A stretch of DNA of 64,000 nucleotides, taken from contig CAXRHT010000002.1 of NCBI GenBank assembly GCA_964230645.1, positions 992,001 through 1,056,000 on the forward strand, given 5' to 3'. A program made the translations under genes and the position numbers. The notes beneath the pieces were generated by a model. That model was not told where the DNA came from and did no database searches. It saw only the letters and a list, made by a program, of their open reading frames with translations. How positions within the stretch are numbered: position 1 is the stretch's first letter; the number at the start of each line of letters is the position of its first letter. The DNA is from Bdellovibrionales bacterium (lineage in GTDB: Bacteria; Bdellovibrionota; Bdellovibrionia; Bdellovibrionales; JAGQZY01). Positions 50,983-60,200 of the stretch are shown here, one piece after another.

Positions 50983-52027
50983 TAAGTACGTCAAGTGCTG
51001 CCTCCTTGATATCATGGCTCTGTGGCACAGTGTTTTCTTCTAGTTCCGCGTGTAACCCAATTCCTGGTAGATTTTTAGCTGCCAGAACTCGAGGTCTCGC
51101 CATAAGTTCGTAAAAAAGTTCTTGGGTCACGCGGTAGCTAAGGTGCTCGGCAAAGTTTGTCACCTCAGTGTCCTCATTCACGAAAAGAACTTTTTTAGTT
51201 TTCTCTATGGACTTTTTAATACATTGCCAATCGTATGGATAAAGGGAGCGCAAATCAATGACTTCTATGCTTTTGTTCTTTTCCTTTTTTATTTGATCAG
51301 CCACCTGGTTAGCCATAAGGACGTGACGCCCATACGTGACCAGAGTGAGATCCTCTCCTTCTCGGGTGATTTTAGCTTTACCAATTTCGATACTAGCGTC
51401 TTTTACTTTCGGCCATTTAGGCTTCCATTTAGAACGGTCTCCAAGGGGAGCATCAATCATGGATTTAAGCTCTTTTTCTGACTTGGGTTCGCCCGGAATA
51501 AGTTCTTCGCCGCGCACTCTCAATAAAGCTTTGGGCTTTAAGAAAAGGACGGGGTCTGGGTCTTTGATCGCCGAGAGTAAAAGCCCATAGGCATCAATAG
51601 GAGTCGAGGGCATCACAATTTTCCATCCTGGCATTCGAGTGGCCCACGCATCAAAACTATGGGAGTGATAAATAGATCCACGAATTCCCGCTCCAACAGG
51701 AGTCATGACTGTGAGTGGTAAATTGTAATTTCCGTTACAAGCCCACTGAGTGTTTCCGGCCATTTTTAATAAATCGATGGTATTAAATATATAATCACAG
51801 AACTGAATCTCGGCCACACATTTATCACCTGCAAGGGCAATACCCATTGCCGCTCCAATGATCCCTCTTTCATCAAGGGGTGTATTCCAAGCACACTCAA
51901 CTCCTTGAGTCGCTGTGAAAACTCCTCCCATGGGAGCTCCCACATCTTCACCAAAGACGTCGGTGAGCTGAAGGTTTTCTTGTGCAAAATTTAAAGCCAT
52001 ACGAATGGATTGTGCCATATTTGCCAT
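50969..52027 (-). CDS. 2-oxoacid (probably branched-chain) dehydrogenase E1 beta subunit
   Basis: GEDVG..GGVF.AT, NTPLDE, AEIQF.DY, YHSHS, IEVIDLRSL. Confidence 0.92.
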   Translation of the reverse strand: MANMAQSIRMALNFAQENLQLTDVFGEDVGAPMGGVFTATQGVECAWNTPLDERGIIGAAMGIALAGDKCVAEIQFCDYIFNTIDLLKMAGNTQWACNGNYNLPLTVMTPVGAGIRGSIYHSHSFDAWATRMPGWKIVMPSTPIDAYGLLLSAIKDPDPVLFLKPKALLRVRGEELIPGEPKSEKELKSMIDAPLGDRSKWKPKWPKVKDASIEIGKAKITREGEDLTLVTYGRHVLMANQVADQIKKEKNKSIEVIDLRSLYPYDWQCIKKSIEKTKKVLFVNEDTEVTNFAEHLSYRVTQELFYELMARPRVLAAKNLPGIGLHAELEENTVPQSHDIKEAALDVLNEIP

Positions 52028-53250
52028 TAGAATTTCCTCCAGTCTGCATTTTCATTGTTTGAATAAGTATGATCCCAAAGTGTGTCGGACTTTGGAGCCG
52101 CTTCTGTACTGACTATATCAGCGAGCTTTTTGATGGCATCAAAGTGTTCATCCCACATTTTCTGAGCCTTCTGGCTTGTGAGCACACCTTGATCGATGAG
52201 CTTTTTACGAAAAGTTTCTAAGCAGCACTCCTCGCCTTCAATGCGGTTGGCCCCTGAAGCGGAGGAGTGACCGTAAAGTCTAGAAACTTCAAATTCAGCC
52301 ACCACCGGCTTTCCCGTTTTGCGAATGTATTCAAGATCATCCTGAATTCCTAAGTAGGACTCCACGGGATCGTTGCCGTTATAAACACGTGTTCTCATTC
52401 CAAAGGCTTTCCCTCGGTCAGAGACATGCTCCTCTCCATGTTGGGTGTCGTAGCTTGTGGAAATTCCCCAGCGGTTGTTTTGAATGGTTATATACATCGG
52501 GAGCTCAAAACCGGGACGTGAAGCCCAGATGAGGCTACTTGCAAAATCACCTTCAGCACTGCCAGCATCTCCACCAGTGATTATGGAAACACCTTTGGTT
52601 TTATGTCTTCTTTGAGAAATCGCCGTTCCGATTCCAACAGAGTATTGCACTTCAATCGGTGAGGAAACGGGCACCACATTCCACTGAGGATAGCAGTAGT
52701 GATTGGAAAAGTTTCTTCCACCTGTGCTTGGGTCCGTCGCTTTATTCATTATAAGGCGAAGTGCGTCCGCAGGATCCATTCCTAAGGCGAGAAGAGTGGG
52801 AGTGCCGCGATAGTGCAAATGCCAGTAGTCATACTTGGGGCCTTGCCCTCTTTTACCTAGAAGACCGAGGGGCACACCAAAAGCTTCTTCACCAGGCGCC
52901 CCAATCCAAAAATAAGCCCCCCCTTTTCGATAAACAGAGATCATGCGCTCTTCAAGAACGCGAGACTTCACCATCAAATCGTAAATTTTTAGCAAAAGAG
53001 ATTTATCAAGCTTTAGGGATCGGCCCATCACTTTTTGTCTATTGCCGGATTTTGATTTCTTACTAGATGTCGACTTTTTTTGTGTCTTTTTCTTTGTCGC
53101 TGATTTTTTGGTGGTTTTTTTAGCCGAAGATTTTTTAGGTTGAGACGATTTCTTCTTTTTGGCGCTCACCTTTTTTTGAGTCTTCTTTTTTGTTTTTTTG
53201 GACCGGGATTTTTTCCCCGACTTTTCGCTACTAGTCGATGTACTTGCCAT
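52027..53250 (-). CDS. 2-oxoacid (probably branched-chain) dehydrogenase E1 alpha subunit with Lys/Ser-rich N-terminal extension
   Basis: GDAGSAEGDF...QNNRWGIS TPP motif, RLYGHSS. Confidence 0.92.
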   Translation of the reverse strand: MASTSTSSEKSGKKSRSKKTKKKTQKKVSAKKKKSSQPKKSSAKKTTKKSATKKKTQKKSTSSKKSKSGNRQKVMGRSLKLDKSLLLKIYDLMVKSRVLEERMISVYRKGGAYFWIGAPGEEAFGVPLGLLGKRGQGPKYDYWHLHYRGTPTLLALGMDPADALRLIMNKATDPSTGGRNFSNHYCYPQWNVVPVSSPIEVQYSVGIGTAISQRRHKTKGVSIITGGDAGSAEGDFASSLIWASRPGFELPMYITIQNNRWGISTSYDTQHGEEHVSDRGKAFGMRTRVYNGNDPVESYLGIQDDLEYIRKTGKPVVAEFEVSRLYGHSSASGANRIEGEECCLETFRKKLIDQGVLTSQKAQKMWDEHFDAIKKLADIVSTEAAPKSDTLWDHTYSNNENADWRKF

Positions 53251-53558
53251 ATTGAACCCCTCTCTTGTTCCACTTGGACTCTTATCCGACTGTTAGTCAT
53301 TTCCAGCTTAAATTTAGGGCGGACAAGGGTCTTCCGTTTTGGACTCAAGTTTTCTCACAAGAGGCCCTATTATCAAAGGTTTAAGGTGGTATTTTCAGGC
53401 AGATAACGCCTAGCAAAATCCCTAATTCAACCCACTTCGCGATAAACGACTGAAGATTGCCTGCGCGAGCGGCATTTGGGGTTTCTTGAAGGCGCAATCC
53501 TCCCAATCACAGGAGATATCCTTATTTCTCACAATGAAACGGAGTCGATGGTTGAGTT

Positions 53559-53585
53559 TTAATTTTCCACCTGAAAAACCGATAA
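53559..53585 (+). promoter_or_regulatory. Putative sigma28 (FliA) promoter
   Basis: TTAA-N15-ACCGATAA versus consensus TAAA-N15-GCCGATAA, 82 nt upstream of 53668. Confidence 0.6.
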
Positions 53586-53667
53586 ATAGCCTGTGGTGAG
53601 TTGGATTTTGGCTGTGCAGTGCCCCCACCAGAAGGGGATAAATTGAGAAACTGAAAAGGGGAACTCA

Positions 53668-54984
53668 TTGAGAGTGTTTCTAAAAATTGGCTTTTTTATT
53701 CTTGTGTGCGCCGGACTCTGTCAGTGCTCAGACACCCAACTGGGAGAGAATCTTTCTTTAAGCTCCAATCGTCCTGATGAGATTATCGATGGGGCGGATA
53801 ACATCCCACCGGAGCTTTCGGGAAACATTATAGAAGCTCTTGACTCGCAAGTGGACCGTCACCCCACATCCCAGTGGCCGGCAGCAACAGACAATAAAAA
53901 AGTGAGTCACTACCAGATCGCAATAGCTTTTGATAATGGCAATAACCAATGTGAAGAAGCCGATTTAAATAATTTGGCTCTGGGCTGGAAGAACGTTCCA
54001 AAGGACGTGGATTTTCAGGGCGCAGGCTATCAGCTGATTTCCGGACAACTTGATGGTGATGGAGAGGCTCTTAGTTTCAATTTACAAGGGGACACCTCCT
54101 ACTGTACGGCTGTTCGCGCTGTTGATGAAAGTGACAACCTCTCGAGCCCCATTTTAAGCCAAAATTCCTGGTCGTTTTACTATCTTAGTTGTAGGCAAGC
54201 GCTCGAGAATGAACCGGGCCTTAACGACGGTATCCAAACACTCGACCCCGACGGAGTCAGTGGAGGCGCACCCTCCTTTGATGCTTTTTGTGATATGACC
54301 AGCGATGGAGGGGGATGGACCCTCGTCGTTCGCTACGATGCAAGCCTTGCTGATGGCGCAAATTATTTTTTACCTACAGGCTCAGCACGGTCTTTTTTAA
54401 ACTCTGGGGATTTGGCCAGTCTCAATAACACTGGAAACCTCTCGGCCTCAGCTAACCTTATTCCCTTTATCGAAAACGGCGCCACCATGTTAATGCATAT
54501 TGCAAAACCCAATGATGGGGCTATTGATAGCTCAACCTACGCCCATCGCTACTACAGTGAAATCTATCAGTCTGTTATCGATGATCCCACTCGTATTTTT
54601 GATCCCAATCTCGATACCGATAGTGGCGGAGTGGTGGGTACAGTGGTTGATGGCACCAGCGCTGTCAGAAGAGACCGTTGGTTTGAATCGGATATGACCT
54701 TAATGACGGTCTATGACACTGATGGAGACACATCCAATCGCCACCGAATTTCAGGGGGCGAGGGCTTAGCCATGTGGACCAACGGCAATCGTGAGGGAGC
54801 TGTCTACTGCACAGCCTCAAGTAGCAATGCGGAAGGTCACGGTGATCCGAAGGTTAATTGGGGTTTTGTCGGTCGCGATGGCGACACCCAGGGCTACGGC
54901 GGGTCAACCAACGTCGGCACCCACTGCAGTAGTGGACTTTCCTGTTCCCCCGCCGAGGACATCAATTTAATGTTTATTAGATAA
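53668..54984 (+). CDS. Lipoprotein with FN3-like domain and fibrinogen-like domain
   Basis: LCQC-SD; WPAATD...YQI...Y.TAVRAVD; SCRQ...DPDG...FCDMTSDGGGWTLV. Confidence 0.8.
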   Translation: MRVFLKIGFFILVCAGLCQCSDTQLGENLSLSSNRPDEIIDGADNIPPELSGNIIEALDSQVDRHPTSQWPAATDNKKVSHYQIAIAFDNGNNQCEEADLNNLALGWKNVPKDVDFQGAGYQLISGQLDGDGEALSFNLQGDTSYCTAVRAVDESDNLSSPILSQNSWSFYYLSCRQALENEPGLNDGIQTLDPDGVSGGAPSFDAFCDMTSDGGGWTLVVRYDASLADGANYFLPTGSARSFLNSGDLASLNNTGNLSASANLIPFIENGATMLMHIAKPNDGAIDSSTYAHRYYSEIYQSVIDDPTRIFDPNLDTDSGGVVGTVVDGTSAVRRDRWFESDMTLMTVYDTDGDTSNRHRISGGEGLAMWTNGNREGAVYCTASSSNAEGHGDPKVNWGFVGRDGDTQGYGGSTNVGTHCSSGLSCSPAEDINLMFIR

Positions 54985-54986
54985 TT

Positions 54987-56387
54987 TTAATTAGGAAGAC
55001 TTTGGGTAGCTTCAACCACCACTTGTAAATTTTCAAGGACAGGTGTTATTTCTTCATCACTAGAGAGTAAGGTGACTCGAATTTTCAAAAGTCCATTTGA
55101 AACATCCTCGCCCCCATCAAGATCAGGAATGGAGTCTGCGGAATTTAAATTTTTAAAGCCCCCCCAGGAGAGCCCTCCATCGAGAGACAAATTAGACTCC
55201 ACCACTATGTTCGTACCTGGTTCTAATTGTGAGGCCCATTCAACTCGTGAGCTTTCAACAAACTTTACCTTCGACAAATTAATGGTTGGAATTTCGAAAC
55301 TTCCTTGGGTCTCAAAGATACCAATAGTGCTATCAGGACTGAAAGCAGCCACCTGAAAAGATTCATTGGCGTGACTTCTCTCTCCATCGTCCACTTGATC
55401 CTCTTCAGCAAAAGCGTCATGGTTGGTAGAAGACCAAGTCCCCGCACCTCTCATCCAGTAGCCATCGGCTCCTCCGCCAGAGGCCCCCTTAACAATCAGG
55501 TCAGGAGCTGTGACAAAGCCAGTGTAGGTAATATCTTGAGGAGCATTGTCGACTCCTTGATTGTTACCATTGTCTTCGACTTTAAAAACATAATTCATAT
55601 CAACGAGTGATCCTGACCCAGTAGAAAAGGCCGCCCAGGCAATGTCTTCAGCTGCGGTGGGTGTCGATGTCTGAGCGGTCTCTTGCGCCAGAGTCATTTG
55701 GGTTGTGTTTACAGAATCACAAACAGAAGATTTAAAAGCGCCATTGTTATAGGTGTTTAAAGTATGTAGCACAATGGGGGGCGAAACAAAGGCCTGGGAA
55801 AACAAAACAGGATCACCCCCAAAACCTCCCGGAGAGGCATGATGATTTGAAGTGTTGAGAACACCCGCTTCTATCACTAAACCATTGGCAAAAGTATGAC
55901 GTCCTTTTTCGAGAACAAGGTAGGTGACTGTCTCTGGATTGCTGATGCCATCAGCGTTTGGATCTTCTATAAAGATCTCCATTCCTGTTGAACCGACATT
56001 ATTAACTCTCACATCCAAAGACTCATTGTTATTTCTTGAAGGAATATAGGCGAGCACAACGGGATCTTCATAAGTGTTGCGAAATTGCACCTGAGTGGGA
56101 GGACCCAAATTGATCTCCTCAGAAATAGATAAGCGCCCCGTTTCACCGATCACCAATCGCTCAAGTTGAAGCTCCCCTGCCCCAGAGATTTGCACATTAG
56201 AAAGGGCTCCCTCTTGAAAATCACTGGGTGTATTGAAATTTTCTTCAATAGAGAGACCTGGTATGAATGAAATATCCTCGACACTGTCTAGGGTCAGTTG
56301 ACCACCAAGATCTGTTTCCCCGCAATCACTCAAGATGAATAGAAGACAGACCAAAAATAAAGAACGACAAATCGGAAGAAGTTTCAT
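54987..56387 (-). CDS. Lipoprotein with three H-type-lectin-like beta repeats nested in a split beta-sandwich
   Basis: LSDC-GE; repeats V.F...Y/F..P.V...E.V/I.Y/W...; flanks DFQEG.LSNV and SLDGG.SW...TPVL. Confidence 0.7.
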   Translation of the reverse strand: MKLLPICRSLFLVCLLFILSDCGETDLGGQLTLDSVEDISFIPGLSIEENFNTPSDFQEGALSNVQISGAGELQLERLVIGETGRLSISEEINLGPPTQVQFRNTYEDPVVLAYIPSRNNNESLDVRVNNVGSTGMEIFIEDPNADGISNPETVTYLVLEKGRHTFANGLVIEAGVLNTSNHHASPGGFGGDPVLFSQAFVSPPIVLHTLNTYNNGAFKSSVCDSVNTTQMTLAQETAQTSTPTAAEDIAWAAFSTGSGSLVDMNYVFKVEDNGNNQGVDNAPQDITYTGFVTAPDLIVKGASGGGADGYWMRGAGTWSSTNHDAFAEEDQVDDGERSHANESFQVAAFSPDSTIGIFETQGSFEIPTINLSKVKFVESSRVEWASQLEPGTNIVVESNLSLDGGLSWGGFKNLNSADSIPDLDGGEDVSNGLLKIRVTLLSSDEEITPVLENLQVVVEATQSLPN

Positions 56388-57712
56388 GGTGCTCCTTCAT
56401 CGAGAAGCCAGCGAACTCCAGCATTGATTTGCCCCCCTAAATTGTTTTGTTGATAGGTTGCAGGATTGTCGTCTTGATAGCGCAATTGCAATCCTAATTG
56501 GAAATAGAGTTGGTCTTTAATTTCGATGTAATTAAGCAAACGGGATTCGATCGCAAAACCACCATCCAATTTATAGGAACCCTCAGAGGTTGGAAAATAC
56601 TGTTGGTAGGAAATATCCCAGAGGGCTGCCATATCGTAATTCCATAGGAACTCCCTTCCTAGTGAGACTTTTCCGTAGGGAACTGCTATATGTTTGGCTT
56701 CAATTCGATTATTAGCTCTTGAAACAAAACTAGGGACAGCTCCTAGCCCCCCGCCCACTCCTAAAAATAGAGGGCCAAGGTCAAACTTTTGCTGCAGGCC
56801 AAGATCGTAACGATAGTGAGTGGACTGACTAATTGGAACACTAATATCCTGCTTGAAGTTTTCTGTTTGAATTTCAGCCATGAGATTTAAATTGAGCCAG
56901 GACTCTTTCCAATCCAATTGACCACGCAGACCAAATCCTGGCTCAATTCCAATATCACCACTGGCTCCATTGGAGCCCTTTATAGAATATTGCCTTGAGG
57001 CACTGATTAAAGCCAGACCTCCTGAAATTCCCGAGCTCTTTTCAAAAGCTGCCTTCGAGGTTCCCAAAGAGGCAAGCCCTCTAAATTTTTTTCTCTTCAA
57101 AGGAATTTCAATGAAAGCCGTGGAGTTGCCATCGTTTTTTGTATGAACTTTGATTCCCATACCCTTCAATTGACGATGAATAGGGTCATCTTTAGAAAGG
57201 GGTACGCGAATGACCGGTTTTCCTAAATGATAGTCCTTTTGATTAAATCGATTGGAAGCAACGTTTCGTTTGGCCTTTTTCTCTCTTTCTAACAGGCGTA
57301 CCAAATTCTTTAAATTAAGATTGTCAGTGTGAGGCTGAGGGCCACCTTGATGATCAGCGTTCACAAGGAAAAGCTGTCCCCGCTGAACGATGGCTTTCCA
57401 CCCTTGATAACCCTTACGCCGCAATATAGGCAAATAGACCTTTTCTCCTACAATACTTAGGTTTTCGTTATTATTGTATTTCCAAGCGAACTCAGGGTTG
57501 AGTTGATGAAAACGATGAAGCGCTCCCCTCGAACCATACACCGGAAATAATCCTAAGCGGGTAAGAACATCGGCCGGTGTTTCATTTTCCAAAAAAACAT
57601 AATGGACGTACTTATCATGAATCTTCGGCCTGTCTTTGGCAGAGGCTTTCGTCGCATCGAAAACGATGACAATTAAAGAGATCAAAAATAAAAAACCAAA
57701 CCATTTTTTCAT
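56384..57712 (-). CDS. Outer-membrane protein: LysM-like N-terminus plus C-terminal beta-barrel
   Basis: Signal ASA-K; HYVFLENET.ADVL...LNP...GEKVYLP; C-terminal alternating strands ending NAGVRW; ATGA overlap with downstream lipoprotein. Confidence 0.65.
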   Translation of the reverse strand: MKKWFGFLFLISLIVIVFDATKASAKDRPKIHDKYVHYVFLENETPADVLTRLGLFPVYGSRGALHRFHQLNPEFAWKYNNNENLSIVGEKVYLPILRRKGYQGWKAIVQRGQLFLVNADHQGGPQPHTDNLNLKNLVRLLEREKKAKRNVASNRFNQKDYHLGKPVIRVPLSKDDPIHRQLKGMGIKVHTKNDGNSTAFIEIPLKRKKFRGLASLGTSKAAFEKSSGISGGLALISASRQYSIKGSNGASGDIGIEPGFGLRGQLDWKESWLNLNLMAEIQTENFKQDISVPISQSTHYRYDLGLQQKFDLGPLFLGVGGGLGAVPSFVSRANNRIEAKHIAVPYGKVSLGREFLWNYDMAALWDISYQQYFPTSEGSYKLDGGFAIESRLLNYIEIKDQLYFQLGLQLRYQDDNPATYQQNNLGGQINAGVRWLLDEGAP

Positions 57713-57722
57713 TTCACAATAG

Positions 57723-57750
57723 TATTCGGTCTCTAAATGAGAAAACTTAA
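57723..57750 (-). promoter_or_regulatory. Putative sigma28 (FliA) promoter
   Basis: TTAAG-N15-ACCGAATA on minus strand, 10 nt before ATG 57712. Confidence 0.5.
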
Positions 57751-57835
57751 GATTTCCGGGTGATTAGAACAACTGTGTCAATAAAGTTACTTGCAGTCAC
57801 TAGCCCATGGGCAGGTCAGAAAAAACCAAACTAGA

Positions 57836-57898
57836 CAAAAGGTGCCTTGTTCCTTTTGGTATTGCAGGACAGTACCAGAAGGAGCCAGGCACCTTTTG
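57836..57898. repeat. REP-like doublet: 29-bp imperfect inverted repeat whose arms are themselves palindromic
   Basis: CAAAAGGTGCCTTGTTCCTTTTGGTATTG / CAGTACCAGAAGGAGCCAGGCACCTTTTG, 5-nt loop. Confidence 0.8.
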
Positions 57899-57903
57899 GG
57901 AAT

Positions 57904-57936
57904 AAAAAAAGCCAAGATGAGGTGCATCTTGGCTTT
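57904..57936 (-). terminator. Intrinsic terminator of prc
   Basis: AAAGCCAAGATG / CATCTTGGCTTT with U-tract on minus strand. Confidence 0.85.
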
Positions 57937-57960
57937 GTATTGGCTTTTATTTTTAGTTAG

Positions 57961-60030
57961 TTAAATTCCTGAGCTTGGGGTGCTAGCTGGAGCCTTTTTT
58001 TTTGTGTCCTTAGCGATTTTTAAGGGCACAGAAGACTGCACATCAATTAGATCCACTAGGACATTGACCGCTTCTTTCACATCAGGACGTTTATGGTACT
58101 CAGCCACTTTCTCTTTTTCTGAAAGAGTTTTTTGCTTTTCGTACTCATCCTTCTTGTCTTTTCTCTCATCAAAAGAGTCGCCCAGGACAATTCCTTTCTT
58201 TTCTTCCGCTTTGGCCTTTTTAACCTCGGCGATAATTTCCTGGAACTCTTTGTCCTTTTTAACACGGATAGCAGAGCGTTTAGCTAGCTTTTCAATAGTA
58301 GAGCCTTTAACCATTTTCCAAGCGCCTTTTCCAGAAGACACAAACGCACTCTTAGAAATAAAGTTTTGAATTTTCTTGGGAGGAAGAGAGTGATCTAGAG
58401 TCTTTTCCCCAATATCATTTCCATCAAGCTCGGAAGGAAGAACAATATGGGATGTCACACCTCTATGTTGGGTGGAGTATCCTCCAGGAGTAAAGAACAT
58501 CCCCACAGTCACTTTAAGAGCCCCAAGACCTGGAGAAAGTGGAATCACCTGCTGCACACTTCCTTTACCGAAAGTGTGATCCGCTCCGACCACAATGGCT
58601 CGGTCGTAATCTTTTAAAGTTCCCGCCACAATCTCTGAGGCCGAAGCACTGATGCGACTGGTAAGAACAACAAGAGGACCTGTCCAATCCACCATAGGAT
58701 CTTCATCCTTGAGTGGCACTGGCTTCAAACGTGGATTTTTATTGGATTGCTTCACCACATTTCCTGTCTTAAAAAACAGTCCGGCCAAATCAACGGCGTC
58801 ACTAAGACTTCCGCCTCCGTTATGAGACATATCTAAAATCAGTCCATCCACTTTTTCCGCTTTGGCTTTACGGATGATGGCTTTAACATCTCTTGCACTA
58901 GAGCGATCTCCCTTACTAGAGGCATAGAAGGAAGGTAGGTTAATGATACCTACTTTTCTCTTCACACCGTTGACTTCTTTATTCATGAAGGTCAGTTGAG
59001 CGGCTTCGTCCTCTAATTTGATTTTGTCACGAACAAGAGTCACTGTGTGGTGCTCGGTTTTTCCTTTGCGCTGTCTGAGAATTTTTAAACGCACCTTTGA
59101 GCCTTTTTTACCACGGATCAAGCGAACCACATCACGCAGGTCCCACTCCACCACATTTTCAAAAGCCTCTGGTCGACCCTTTTTAAATTGACCAACAGCA
59201 ATGATTTTATCTTTAGGGAAAATTTTACCGGATCTCTCAGCCGCTCCCCCTTTTACCAATGAATCCACAACAGTGAATCCATCCTCTGGAGTTAGAGTGG
59301 CACCAATTCCTTCAAGAGAAAGGGACATTTGAATTTCAAAATCTTCAAGAGCGTCGGCTGAAAAGTAGCTGGTGTGAGGGTCAAGAGAGTGAGAAAAAGA
59401 ATTGATATAACCAACAAGAACATCTTCTTTTTTGGTTTTCTTCATTTTTCTCAAGGTTCTATCATAACTCTTCGCTACAAGCTTTGTGGCTTCTTTGAGT
59501 TTCTTACCCGTGATCAAACGGTTGGAGATTTGAAAGTGAATGTATTTTTCTTGGAGCCTTTTTAGTTCCTTTTTGCTCTTAGCCCAACCTCTTTCTTTGG
59601 GGTCTAAAACAATTCGGATGGTTTTATCAAATTTGAAATCTTTTTTAAGAAGATCTTTTGCATAATCCGCGCGCTCTTTCATTTTGCGAATATAGAAGTC
59701 TTGAATGTCGAAAAGCTGTTTACACTGACCCTTATCAATATTCTTAAAAATATTGGCCATTTTGTGCTTTAACATCTTTACATCCGCTTGAGTGAAGAAA
59801 ATCTTCATCGGATCGAAAGAATCGATATGCTCTTTGATCGTGCGCTTTTCCAAGGTGCTTGTTTTTTTACTTGTGTTGATATGGGCTATAAGAAAGCCTT
59901 TTTTAATATCAGCGATATTTTCACACTTTAGATTCGCTTTCTTTGCATCTGAAAAAAGTGACCATTGGGCGTGACCGAATTGAAAGGTGAGAAGTGTGGC
60001 CAAAATCAGTGCAATTTGTTTCATAAACAT
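57961..60030 (-). CDS. prc: Carboxy-terminal processing protease (S41, Prc/Tsp type) with PDZ domain
   Basis: DPHTSYF, LSLEGIGA, IRGKKGS, NGGGSL, SASASEIVAG, TFGKGSVQ. Confidence 0.93.
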   Translation of the reverse strand: MFMKQIALILATLLTFQFGHAQWSLFSDAKKANLKCENIADIKKGFLIAHINTSKKTSTLEKRTIKEHIDSFDPMKIFFTQADVKMLKHKMANIFKNIDKGQCKQLFDIQDFYIRKMKERADYAKDLLKKDFKFDKTIRIVLDPKERGWAKSKKELKRLQEKYIHFQISNRLITGKKLKEATKLVAKSYDRTLRKMKKTKKEDVLVGYINSFSHSLDPHTSYFSADALEDFEIQMSLSLEGIGATLTPEDGFTVVDSLVKGGAAERSGKIFPKDKIIAVGQFKKGRPEAFENVVEWDLRDVVRLIRGKKGSKVRLKILRQRKGKTEHHTVTLVRDKIKLEDEAAQLTFMNKEVNGVKRKVGIINLPSFYASSKGDRSSARDVKAIIRKAKAEKVDGLILDMSHNGGGSLSDAVDLAGLFFKTGNVVKQSNKNPRLKPVPLKDEDPMVDWTGPLVVLTSRISASASEIVAGTLKDYDRAIVVGADHTFGKGSVQQVIPLSPGLGALKVTVGMFFTPGGYSTQHRGVTSHIVLPSELDGNDIGEKTLDHSLPPKKIQNFISKSAFVSSGKGAWKMVKGSTIEKLAKRSAIRVKKDKEFQEIIAEVKKAKAEEKKGIVLGDSFDERKDKKDEYEKQKTLSEKEKVAEYHKRPDVKEAVNVLVDLIDVQSSVPLKIAKDTKKKAPASTPSSGI

Positions 60031-60200
60031 TCCTTTTCTAGGGATTTATAACTAGTAGTATAGCAAGTATCGGAGTATTTTTTGATTCTCTTTTTATATT
60101 CCTGGTCTTATTTTCTAAGACTGGACCCCCATCCAATAGCTATACCTTATATATTGGTTGTCATGGCAGAGTCACCCGCCAAGATGCACAGAAAATGAAC

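Noticed and set aside
53422..53628. 68-aa minus-strand ORF in intergenic region
   Set aside because: No recognisable motif and it overlaps the putative sigma28 promoter; cannot be supported
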